DNA from: Paraspadella gotoi | Lineage: Eukaryota; Animalia; Chaetognatha | Direction: 5' to 3' | Assembly (NCBI GenBank): GCA_051294375.1 | Contig: CM119266.1 | Coordinates: 23,584,776 to 23,648,775, forward strand | DNA length: 64,000 nt | Shown: positions 33,341-44,063 of the stretch, piece after piece | Position numbering within the stretch: position 1 is the first letter of the stretch | How the letters are laid out: each line of letters begins with the position of its first letter | Program-made: the position numbers and the translations under genes | Notes under the pieces: model-generated | Database searches by the model: none | Told to the model about the DNA's origin: nothing | The model's input: the letters and a program-made list of their open reading frames with translations, nothing else

Positions 33341-34861
33341 ATAACCCACACACCACAGCTTTTTCTCAACCCACACTTTCATTATCAATCGATCTTCTAC
33401 GTCCTGTTCGATTTCTATATTCCTTTTCAACTCCGGATGTACAACGAAACGTTTTCACAACACGAATCTCTAAATCCTTAGCAATGGCCCAGCTTATCAA
33501 TCCCAAACGACACGGAGTCCCACCTTTCTTTTATGTTAGTTCCCTTCTTTTTCCTTTCTTTTTTATCTTTCTTTACTTTCTCATCTTTTTTCCCCTCTTT
33601 CTTAGCCCACAAGCTTCCTTCTATTTTCCATATACCATCAACGTTCTAATCTTTCCTCTTCCTCTTCTTCCTCCTCTTCCTCCCCTCTTCTCCGACCGAC
33701 AACCTCCAACATTTCTCCGCCCGGTTTGTAGCCAAGTGCTCGTTTCCGATTTGCAAATGGCGCGATGGATGTGTTTTTTAATTGACCAATGGCCCCGAGA
33801 TGAGCCCATAAATATGGATTCAACCCTTTGATGAGGTCTCAACGCCTTTTCTAAGGGGGAGGCCACGGCNNNNNNNNNNNNNNNNNNNNNNNNNNNNNNN
33901 NNNNNNNNNNNNNNNNNNNNNNNNNNNNNNGAGAGAGAGAGAGAGAGAGAGAGCGAGCTCTAATCAGTAGCGGGTCGTCGTTGGATAAGTTGGCTTTTCT
34001 TTTTCGTTCGCTAAAAACGCTTAAGGGAAGTTGTTTTTAAGTAAAGACAACTTACTGAATAATTTCATTAATAGTCTTCTTCGTTGACTAATGTTAGTGA
34101 ATTTAGTAATTCAAAGTAAATTCTTTATAAACTTTAGTTCTTTCAATCTTGATATATTTAAATCTTTTTAACGATTGAATCCTTTTTCAAAGACGATAAA
34201 GTGAACAACAGAAATTTGAAGGAGAAAAAAAAAGTAAAGAAACAAAATTGAAGAAAAACCATCAAGATCATGAAAGGTTTTTTTCTCCTTTTAAAAAAAG
34301 AAAAAAAAGAGCAGTCGACTGATGATGAAAAAAGAAACGAAAATTTTTTTTTTTCGTTTTTCTTTTTCTCTTTTGCGAGAAACAAATGGAAATCCTTCGG
34401 CAGTTGGCAAAAAGCTAAGTTTTCGAGGGGAAGAGAGGTCGGGGGGAAAGAAAAGAGAGGGAGAGCAAAGGAAGGGAGAAAGGGGGAAAATCTTTGGCAA
34501 AGGAGAAAAAAAAGGAGAGAAAGGATTCATAGAAATTTTTTGCGCGTCAAAGCCAGAAAAAAAAACGCATGAAACGCAGTTGGGGAAAATAACAAAAACA
34601 AACAAGAGAGAAAGAAAGAAAAAAAAATGAAAAAAAAAATGAATCTTTGTTCCTCGTCGTCGTCGTCGTTATTGTCTTTTTCCTTTTTTTTTTCTTTTTT
34701 ATCTTTCTTATCTTTCTCGTCGTCGCTTTTGTGTTCCAACGAGTCATCGTCGTCGTTTTTTTCGTCGTCATCGTCGTCGTCTTCGGTATCTTTTCGAAGC
34801 GGCAGCCAGGCTTTGCCAGAAGCCGTTGACTTAGCGACCCCGCGGAGAAGAAGCAAAGGAA

Positions 34862-34972
<111 letters not shown>

Positions 34973-36499
34973 GTTAACGATTAAACGAACATTTAATTCT
35001 AACCGATAAATTCTTCTTTTTAAAAAAAAATTAATCTAAAAGTCAGAATTCACGTGTTGCTCCTTTCGTTTCTTCAAAAGGTTTAAAAGGGAAGGAATTA
35101 ATCATTTGCTTCCCGATAACTACNNNNNNNNNNNNNNNNNNNNNNNNNNNNNNNNNNNNNNNNNNNNNNNNNNNNNNNNNNNNNNNNNNNNNNNNNNNNN
35201 NNNNNNNNNNNNNNNNNNNNNNNNNNNNNNNNNNNNNNNNNNNNNNNNNNNNNNNNNNNNNNNNNNNNNNNNNNNNNNNNNNNNNNNNNNNNNNNNNNNN
35301 NNNNNNNNNNNNNNNNNNNNNNNNNNNNNNNNNNNNNNNNNNNNNNNNNNNNNNNNNNNNNNNNNNNNNNNNNNNNNNNNNNNNNNNNNNNNNNNNNNNN
35401 NNNNNNNNNNNNNNNNNNNNNNNNNNNNNNNNNNNNNNNNNNNNNNNNNNNNNNNNNNNNNNNNNNNNNNNNNNNNNNNNNNNNNNNNNNNNNNNNNNNN
35501 NNNNNNNNNNNNNNNNNNNNNNNNNNNNNNNNNNNNNNNNNNNNNNNNGAGAGAGAGAGAGAGCGGCTGTCCCCCCACCGATGCGAGATTTATAACTTTG
35601 TTAAACGACAATTAGACGATGGGATTCCAACACAGGAAGGCGGTCCCTTGAAAGTAATACTAATCGCTCTGCTTTTCCTTTTTCTATTTTTTCTCACTCT
35701 TTCTTTAACATTGTCTGTCTGCCTGTGTCTATTTTTAAGGCCTACTTGATGTTTTGTTATTCAAACCAAATTAAACAAACTCATCAAACATGAACGTTGA
35801 ACCACAGTTTACCTGGACAAACAGGTTGCCGAAAATAAACTTAATTATTATTGAATACAGTCAGTTAATTTCAATAACCCTGTATCCGTGACGACTTTAG
35901 TGTGACTTCCCCTTAAAATCCCCCGACGCGGAGTTCTCTTTTCCTCTTTGGCCGTTAATCACTGAGTTGTTGCCAAATTCGCTTTGTCGTCCGAACTGAA
36001 GTCGCAAACGAGATTACGACACGAGGATCGAGACTTTGTTTTTGCCCCCTTCATTGTCGTTGTCGTTGTCATTGTTGTTGTTGTCATTGTCATTGTCGTT
36101 GTCGTTGTTGTCGTTGTCGTCGTCGTTGTTGTTGTTGTTGTTGTTGTTGTTTGAATCTTGAAGATTTATGCACTGGCGTCAGTGCGATCTTAATCTTTGT
36201 TTTTCAGAATTGATAATGAGAGGAATCCTAAGTCACAAAAGGCAATAGGACCAGATTTCGATAAAGTTTTAAAATTTCCAAACAAGGACCGTAAAAATAA
36301 ATATATAAGAAAATATTAAAAATATTTGTAATATTAGGATAACAATTTTTTTTTTAAAATAAAATTTAACTCGAGAATTTTTATCAGGTTCGTATTTGTT
36401 CTGGAAACTCTTCTTCTATTCCTTAACTTTGATCGAACACAAGAGCATCTGCCTTTTCTTTTCTTTTCACTCATTCGCCTCTTCTTCGCTATAGAGGCC

Positions 36500-36715
36500 G
36501 CTAGGGTATATAAACCAACATGGCGACGCACGAAGGAGGCAGCCATCTTGAAATTCTGTTCAACGTGAAAACCGGATCTCATTCAACAAGCATTCCCGAA
36601 CCCCATGCAAGGACGACCCTGGCGGACAAAACGAGGAAGCTCGCCGAGGATTCGAGGCAAAGTTGAGGTTTTCTTCCAATCAGGATTCAGCAAAGGACGG
36701 TCGACCAATCGAGGC
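36500..36715. promoter_or_regulatory. Promoter-like cluster (TATA, YY1-like, CCAAT)
   Basis: GGTATATAAACC at ~36505, AACATGGCG and GCCATCTT (YY1-like, opposite orientations), and two CCAATC boxes at ~36676 and ~36705. No linked gene was identified. Confidence 0.3.
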
Positions 36716-37133
36716 AAAAGAAGAGTGACTAGAACGAAACGAATTTGAGTATTTGCTCCAATGAAAGGCAAGAGAGTGTGTTTGGCCAATCGTCATGAAA
36801 GAAAAAATGTAAGGCTCAAAAGGCTGCGGAGGAAGAAGAAAATTTAGTGTTACTTCAATTAGAAAAGGAAGAAAGCGGTTGAAAGGAACTCAGCGAGAGA
36901 AGAAAAAAAAGCAGAAAGAAAAAGAAAAAAAAAACATTGAAATTTTTTTCATTCAGCCTTTCTGGCTCCAAGCTTGGTTGAATTTCTATTAAAACGAATG
37001 CAGTACTTTGTACGATTTAACATAAAATCAATATTGTCTTTTGCTCTTCAACAATTTATAAGAATATTAAATAAAGTTAAATTTAATAAAATGTAAAACT
37101 ACGAAGGTTGAGGATGAGCGCACGTGTAGACGT

Positions 37134-37245
<112 letters not shown>

Positions 37246-40159
37246 TGCGATAAGGAAAAATGGAAGGAGCGAAAGAGGGAATAAAAATCAAATGCGAAGG
37301 GATGGAAAACGCGATTTTTCAGATGATACTATCTTAATGAGGAATAATCTCATTTGCATGGGAAAGAAATTCTCTTTGATGCGGGAGACGGAGGGAAATC
37401 GAAGGCGGCGAAGAAAAGCCGAAGCGAAAAAAAAAATGGGATTAAAACTTTTTTCAAAGATTAAGCTATACTTAGAAATAAGAAGAAAATCCCGTTTTTT
37501 AAACAATTTATAGTGAGTTTCGCATATAATTTTTAATACTGGATCGCATTGGATCAGGTTTAAGCAAACAAAAAACAAAAAAACAAGAGAGTTGACCCAA
37601 GTAAAAAAAAAACCAATTAAATTTTAAATTCCCTCAGCTGACCCGAATTCCTCCGACAAAATCAAAGGGTGTGACGAGAGAGAAACGAGCGCGAAGGTCG
37701 CAATAACCCGTCTGCACTAACAAGGCTCGACTCACACACAGACACGCGCGGGCGAAATCGCACCAAGTTCCGAGGTGTAACACTCAGACTCGAGCGCAAA
37801 CGACCGACTCATCACCCACATCCGAGCACGCGAGGGACGGGGGGATGGGAAGGGGGTTAGGGCTAAAAGGAGAGGTGTTGGGTAAGTGAGGGTGAAAACC
37901 GAAGGACGACGCGGCTTTGGGAGAAGTCTTAAGGAAGATGAATTTCTGCGAGATTGAAAATGAAAAATGGCGACGTGAGGCCGGATTCTTTTTGATAGGC
38001 ATCCGGTTTGAGGAGGAGGCGANNNNNNNNNNNNNNNNNNNNNNNNNNNNNNNNNNNNNNNNNNNNNNNNNNNNNNNNNNNNNNNNNNNNNNNNNNNNNN
38101 NNNNNNNNNNNNNNNNNNNNNNNNNNNNNNNNNNNNNNNNNNNNNNNNNNNNNNNNNNNNNNNNNNNNNNNNNNNNNNNNNNNNNNNNNNNNNNNNNNNN
38201 NNNNNNNNNNNNNNNNNNNNNNNNNNNNNNNNNNNNNNNNNNNNNNNNNNNNNNNNNNNNNNNNNNNNNNNNNNNNNNNNNNNNNNNNNNNNNNNNNNNN
38301 NNNNNNNNNNNNNNNNNNNNNNNNNNNNNNNNNNNNNNNNNNNNNNNNNNNNNNNNNNNNNNNNNNNNNNNNNNNNNNNNNNNNNNNNNNNNNNNNNNNN
38401 NNNNNNNNNNNNNNGGTGGGTGATGCTGGATTTCTAAAGTGAGAAAACATTAAAGAAAATGATTAGAAATTGTTAAAGAGAAATTATGAAGCCACTTCAG
38501 AAAGTGAGTTTTTTAAATAGTAGGCCAACATAAAACATTCACCACTCACCAGACTTTTTACTGAATGACTTCTTTTTTAAAACCAAGTTGTGTCACCAAA
38601 AAAGGAAAATACCAGCTAACATTTTCAGACTCATCAACTTACCAATTAACAAATCCAACACGGCGCAGGATAATCCTTCTGCATTCCTTACCCTCACATT
38701 TTCCCCCCAGAGACCCGTTTCCCCAGACTCACCCAATGACTAGCGATGCGGAGAAACGGAGATTCACTTTTCCATTTTCTTCTTCCTCAATTTTTTTTTT
38801 GTTTTCTTCCTTCGTCTTAACACCAAGTTTTAATTAGAAGAAAGGAGAGAGAGAGAGACAGAGACGAAGCGCAGAGACAGAGAAAGAGAGAGAAAATATA
38901 CGGGGAAAAAAAGAGCAACGCGAGGCACTAATTAGGCCCGAAGAAGACAGAGGGCGCGTCGAGCGAAACGAGCGGAGAACGCGGAAGACGTCGCCGAGGA
39001 AGACGCCATCTTGGATTAAAACCTGAGTAAGGTTGTAGGAGAGATTGAGAGAAGGAAAGAATGGGTCAATGAGGGAATTAGTGAGAAGGTAAAGGGGGAA
39101 CATCTTAAGAAAAGGATCTCGGCTAAGCGAGCGAGAAAATGTGAGAGAGACAGAGAGAGAGAGGAGAACGAGAGAAGGAAGAGAGAGGCAGAGAGAGGGA
39201 GACGAAGGAGAGACGAGGGAAGAAGGGGAGGGAGACGGGAGGAGAAGAGATTGAGAAAAGACGATGATGAGAGCATACGCGAGAGAAGAGAGAGAGAGGA
39301 GAGAGCCAGAATTTTTGGCGGTTTAAAGGGATTCCCTTATTTTTTTAGGGCCCGGATGGTCGCGGCGCGGGACAAGACGAGAGAGAGTAGATAGAGAGCA
39401 AAGACCGAGAGAGGAGAGAGAGAGAGAGAGAGAGAGAGCCTGAGAGACGAAAGAGAGACGAGAGGAGAGTGGCCAAATTTTTTAAGGAAAGGCATTTCGT
39501 GGGGCTGAAAGGTGACGCGGAACGGCAAGGGGGAGGGAGGAATTGAAAGATGTTCGTTTGATGCAGCTTTTTTGAAGGGACTATGGTTGTATCCTATCTA
39601 TTTTCTCGCCACGGCGGGTAATGGCTCCCGCACCCTGCAAAAATTATTTTTATTGTCTTATTCCTTTTCAAACGGCGGTTGCACTAATATTTGTTCGGTT
39701 TTTTCCAAAAATTTTGAATTATAAAAAATTTTTGGAAAAAGGGGCAAAAGAAGAGGGAGAAGAGAGAGAGAGAGAGATTTAATAAGATAGATTAGATATA
39801 GATAGATAGATAAGATAGGGAAATAGATTAGAGATCAACGCGTTATGATTGGTAGTAGTAGGAGAACGTCTCTGGTGACTGGCTGTCGGAGGAGGGACGG
39901 TGGACGTCGGGATCGCTTTGCACTATTCTCCTCCCAAATTCTGCTCCGCCGACTCCAAGCAGTCAAGACCCCCCGTCCTGCCGTCGGGGTTGCCGCAGGA
40001 TAAACGAATATGAAAGACGGTTGATGAAGTTACCATTTTGCTTACGCTTGTGACGGTTTTTAGTGTGAGAAGTGAAGCAGTGGGAGAGAATTTGTTATTG
40101 CTTGGACTTAAAGAAATTGACTACTTAACTGCTAGTATTCCTATTTTTTTTTTTTTTTT

Positions 40160-40498
40160 GTACAAAGATTTTTCATTAGTTCCAATTTAGTAACAAGGCA
40201 GGCGATTCTAAGCGAAATCAAAGTGGATTTTATTTCTTCAGATAATAGACAGTAAACAAACGGTTCAATTTCCAGGCCAGCAGTGAAGATCAATACAAGA
40301 ATTCGGGTTCCCCTTTATACAGCCCAAACGGACTCGGAGGCAAGGGTAAAATTTCAGCACCGACCATTTGTCATTGGCCGGTGCCTTTGTCTTTTCGACA
40401 ATGGGCGTCCCATTGTATTTTTAGGAACCGGTGGGCTTCAAATAGATCGTTGATCCGTTTCGATTCTGAGTATGTCATAGTTGAATTCTCTGCGATGC
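40160..40498 (-). repeat. Putative 3' LTR (or U3-R) of the Gypsy element
   Basis: On -, it follows a polypurine tract GAGGAGGGGGGGAA (40499-40512), contains TATAAA (40314-40319) and AATAAA (40229-40234), and ends ...TTTGTAC before an A16 run (40144-40159). There is no second LTR in the window to confirm it, and no canonical TG start is visible. Confidence 0.55.
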
Positions 40499-41399
40499 TT
40501 CCCCCCCTCCTCAGACGACAGCGCACGCGCGTCAGTCGGCAGCTGGAGTGTGACCTTTGAGATGAACGAAGATTCCTATCTGGACCTTTTCAAAGTTCTG
40601 CCTCTTCTGGCTGTTGTCGTATTGAAAAGTCGCATTTTTTTTTTTTTTTTATGGGAGGGAGATGGGAGGGAGAGATGAAGATTTATTTCCTTAGTGGTGT
40701 TTTTTGTCGTTGGTCGTCGTGAGAGTTGGGGCTTCCGTGGGGCTTTGTTTTCCGTTTTGTTTCTGTCTCCGCCGCGTTTCTCGTTTTTTTTTTTGTTTTC
40801 GGATTCCATCGAGAGATAAACTGTTGTCTCGTTTCTTTCTACTTTTTTTTGTTTGTTTTTTGTTCTAATTTCTATTGTACGTCCTTGTGAATAGCTAATC
40901 CTACGTTTATATTATTTATTATTTATTTATATTTAATTCTAATTTTTTTTTTATCTTACACTACTTTATGTCTTCTTTCTATTCTGTTGCTTGTCTCATG
41001 CTTTTTGTAGCGACGTACGAATGATATATCTGAGAGGTTTCGGCCAGGCTGATCGAGATTGACATAAATGGTTGCCGGAGTCTTTCTCTACGACCTTGTG
41101 AGGCCTGAATATATCCTTTTACTTTGTTCTCGGTTGTCGCGTTCGGTCTGATCAGATCACGTCTGGCCAGACTAGATACGCCGACCTTAATCTCTTCTTT
41201 GGTCGTCATAGTAAGGGAGTTTCTCTGGCGCATATGTTTTGGTATTAGTTTTGTCCGCTGGTTTGCTCAGCTGCGCTGAGCTCTTTCGTGTGCTGTGTCT
41301 GGGCTCTTTGTCTTAAAGTCAATGAGATTCCTTTGTTGAAGTCCGTCGGCGCTTTCCACTATTCCTTTGCCTGTTGTATACTCCATATTTTGTGTTTTC

Positions 41400-42330
41400 G
41401 TGCGGCGACTATGTCTTTTTTTCAGAGTTTGTATTTTATTGTGGTCCGCCATTTACGTTAGTGTTACATCAGGCCTTGTGCGAGCTGTTTCCATCCATAT
41501 TCTTGTTCGGATTGATCGAATTCTGAAGAGTCTGTTTGAAACGTAGGGGCTTGGCGGAATATTTCGGCCCTTAATGAGAGTCTCTACATCATACGGCCCT
41601 GTGTGCGTATCTCTTTCCGTCCTATTACAAATGGAGACTTCGCCATTCTCCTGTCACTCACATTTGTTGTAAGATGTTGAGTATCTTCTTCCAGTATGAT
41701 CTCTATACATGGCTGATCCCGTTTCTCTAGTCATAGCTAGTATTGCACCATCCTGCGAAATTGTTCCACCTCCATGATACGGCTCTTTCGTGTGGCGATA
41801 GTGATAAACATTTCGCTCAAGTAGGGCTCCCCCTTTTACTATGGTTGCGCTCTGCTCCTGATACGCAACCTTAACTTCAGGTTTAGTGGAGAGTCACTAC
41901 GCCCAGGTGTAGGCGGAGGCGTTTGGCTGAGCAGCACTGGAGCGTAGCTTGTGTCCGGAGACTGGGGGAAGATGCATATCACGTCGATGGCGTTCTTATC
42001 GTGTACTTCCCAGGCGTTGCAATAGCTAGGACTTAGGGGGCTGGGACCGGACCTGTTCCCGTTATGTCTTTTTGCGTGTCCAGTCGCTTGCTGCCGCCAC
42101 ATTGTTCGACCAGTGGGTTGCTGTACATCTTCGCGTTTTTCTGCCCGCTCCGGTTTGCCTGTCGACGCATCCGGGGGGCTCAGACCATCACTTTCTGTGG
42201 TCTTGCGGCTTTCTGCGATGAATTGCCGTGCGCGGTCACGGCCAGGGTGTCCGAATTGTTCGATGGAATTGTTTGGTGCATCGTATTTGGCGCTTTTTGT
42301 GCTGGTACCAATACGTACGCTGTTCCTCTC
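41400..42330 (-). pseudogene. Retroviral-type integrase (HHCC zinc finger, catalytic core, GPY/F-like region), frameshifted
   Basis: GHPG at 42241-42252, PWE at ~42007-42016, SPF..GR at ~41617-41637 and KW.GP at ~41440-41455, in the expected order on the minus strand. Confidence 0.75.
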
Positions 42331-43804
42331 TTTTGTGTCCGGCGCCCGCTGGTCTGCCTTATAAATAGCTCTCTTCTCTCTTTTTCTCTAGGGTCTCTCC
42401 CGCTTCACGAGTCTACTTATCGTGTCTGCTCTCTCTCTCCGCTGACGTCTCTCTCCCTCTTGAGATACAAATACAGGCTCTCAGGTTTGAGCGAGATATT
42501 AGTTTATTGCGGTTACACGATTTAGGTTCATATATTCTGTTCTAAAAACCAAGATATATTAACATCATCGCCCCGTGGACGTGAAGCAGAGAAAAGCTGG
42601 AAACATAGTTTCTGAATTTTGAGCGCGTTGCGGATTACCAGTTTTTTTTATTTAGGAGTATCTTCTACCGTCTTGCCATATTCCTTCGTTCTTAGCCTTC
42701 AGAGCCATTGGCTGGTAGTGGGACAAAGGTTTTAGTTGGTCTGCTCTTATTGTGTATGTTAGTTCTGGGACTTGCGTTACAAACGTAGGATCTTTATATA
42801 ACACGGCTGGAACCTGCAGTCGTGATTAGACTAATTTCTCGATGTTCTGCTTCCAGAGTAGCGGCTTGTATACTCAATTCATTGATTTCTACTTGATGAT
42901 AATAGTCAAGGAATGCAGAAGGATTGGCGTCCATCTTTATACTTCTTCGTATCGTTTGAGAGCGTCTCCACGCAGTTGTTTGGAGCGTGTGCGAGTCTGA
43001 GCTATCTAGGTCTTAGAGCTTGATGTGCGTCTAGAAAAAAAATCTTGTTAGCTCTGAATGTTCATGAGTCTTTTGTGGCAATTGGATTTTACATGTTCTT
43101 GTGAGTGTCCACCTTGGATGTTCTGGGTCGGTGCCTCTTCGCTTCAGGTCGTTTGAGTGTGTCGACCTCGATATTTGGATGGGTTCCCAAGCTGATGGGT
43201 CGTAGGGCGTTGCTGTTTCCGCGCTGACCAGCTGCTTGTCCGGGATATGTCCTGAAGATTCTCAGCCATTCTGTCGTTTTGTTGGGGGCCGTTACACGCT
43301 CTCGAACTTTGCAGCCTGTCTCCGTTAGTCGAGTCTTATCCATCATGATCAATGAGTTGCACTTCCAGTTTTCATTCTCTCACTGAGCATCTCTAGCTTC
43401 AGGATTGGCCGAGGCTCCAGTCTTTGGCGGATATTGTTCTGATGAAGGTGGTCTGGGTGCCACTTCAGCCAATTTTTTTCGGCTTGCCGTACAGTTGTTT
43501 TTTAAAAATATTTAGTTTTTCAGTGAGAATCTCTTAGTCTCACAAATTTCAAAAAACTTTGCCCTGAAAGGTTTTGGTGTAAAATACGCTCTGCCGTCAA
43601 CGGGTTGTTATGGCTACTAGCGCAGAGTTGGGGCGCTGTCCCGTGAACGGATGGTTCCGATAGAATGATTGTCTGGTTTTGGTCTCTCTGATATGGTACT
43701 CTGGGGGTTCTTCTTATGCGAAGCCCGGGTCAGCATTCTCCGGTACATCAATCCAGCTGGAAAGAAAGGCGTGGTCAAGGGGGCGTTACTTGTCCTTGAT
43801 CCGT

Positions 43805-44063
43805 GAACGGGTTACGAAGTCGGCTGGGTTGTCTTCGCTTTTGACGAGGTATGACCTCCTTGGGTTGACATTCTTGTCTGATTTTCGGTTATCCACCTGA
43901 GTACAGTTGTGGGGCAGTAGTTGTTTGTCTTCATGTTGGAGATCATCCCTCTCTTGAAAATATTGTGAGTCGGTGACGAGGGTGACGCTCCTGTCCCACA
44001 GGTGTAGCCCTTAACTTGCGTATCATCATGTTGAAAGCGCAGTGTTTCCAACGCATGTATCTG
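43805..44063 (-). pseudogene. Ty3/Gypsy-type RNase H domain fragment (frameshifted)
   Basis: ETLA (~44040-44048), TDS (43966-43974) and DNPADFVTR (~43807-43833). The E-to-D spacing of 25 residues matches Ty3/Gypsy and caulimovirid RNase H. The first catalytic Asp (DAS motif) and RT are missing upstream. Confidence 0.75.

Larger units (their letters stand above)
40160..44063 (-). mobile_element. 5'-truncated Ty3/Gypsy-type LTR retrotransposon (RNase H - linker - integrase - 3' UTR - PPT - 3' LTR), frameshifted by read errors and/or decay
   Basis: Minus-strand motifs appear in the Ty3/Gypsy order once frameshifts are bridged. RNase H: QIHALETL/AFNMMIRKL/GLHLWDRSVTLVTDSQYF/KRG...VLRWI.../YLVKSEDNPADFVTR. 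Linker: VAITTR (~43600-43617) and IRADQL (~42732-42750). Integrase: YVLVP..FH..FGHPGRDR..CPGC, PWE..AIDV, SGHK, SAYTWA, G.VEQF, SYN..SPF..GR and a KW.GP (GPY/F-like) motif. The coding strand is A-rich. Confidence 0.8.

Noticed and set aside
36520-36666. 48-aa ORF MATHEGGSHLEILF... just after a TATA box
   Set aside because: The ATG is too close to the TATA box to lie in the transcript and coincides with a YY1-like motif, and there is no homology or splice support.
41400-41800. L1/Tx1-like CCHC zinc knuckle (PCIE...EEDTQHL...C)
   Set aside because: It requires ad hoc frameshifts. The same bases are better explained by integrase motifs (VEQF, SYN, SPF..GR) in the correct order.
42350-42470. Internal TATA/CRE promoter in the retroelement
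   Set aside because: It falls within the pol frame just before the integrase zinc finger, in an error-rich stretch, so it is probably chance or noise.
42908-42925. 18-bp reverse-complement match to ~38672-38689 (AATCCTTCTGCATTCCTT)
   Set aside because: The similarity does not extend on either side, so I treated it as coincidence.
43805-44063. Hepadnavirus-like/HEART or DIRS-type RNase H (IHALE...NPAD resembles HBV IHTAE...NPAD)
   Set aside because: The E-to-D spacing and RW motif fit Ty3/Gypsy or caulimovirid RNase H, and a DDE integrase with an HHCC finger follows downstream.
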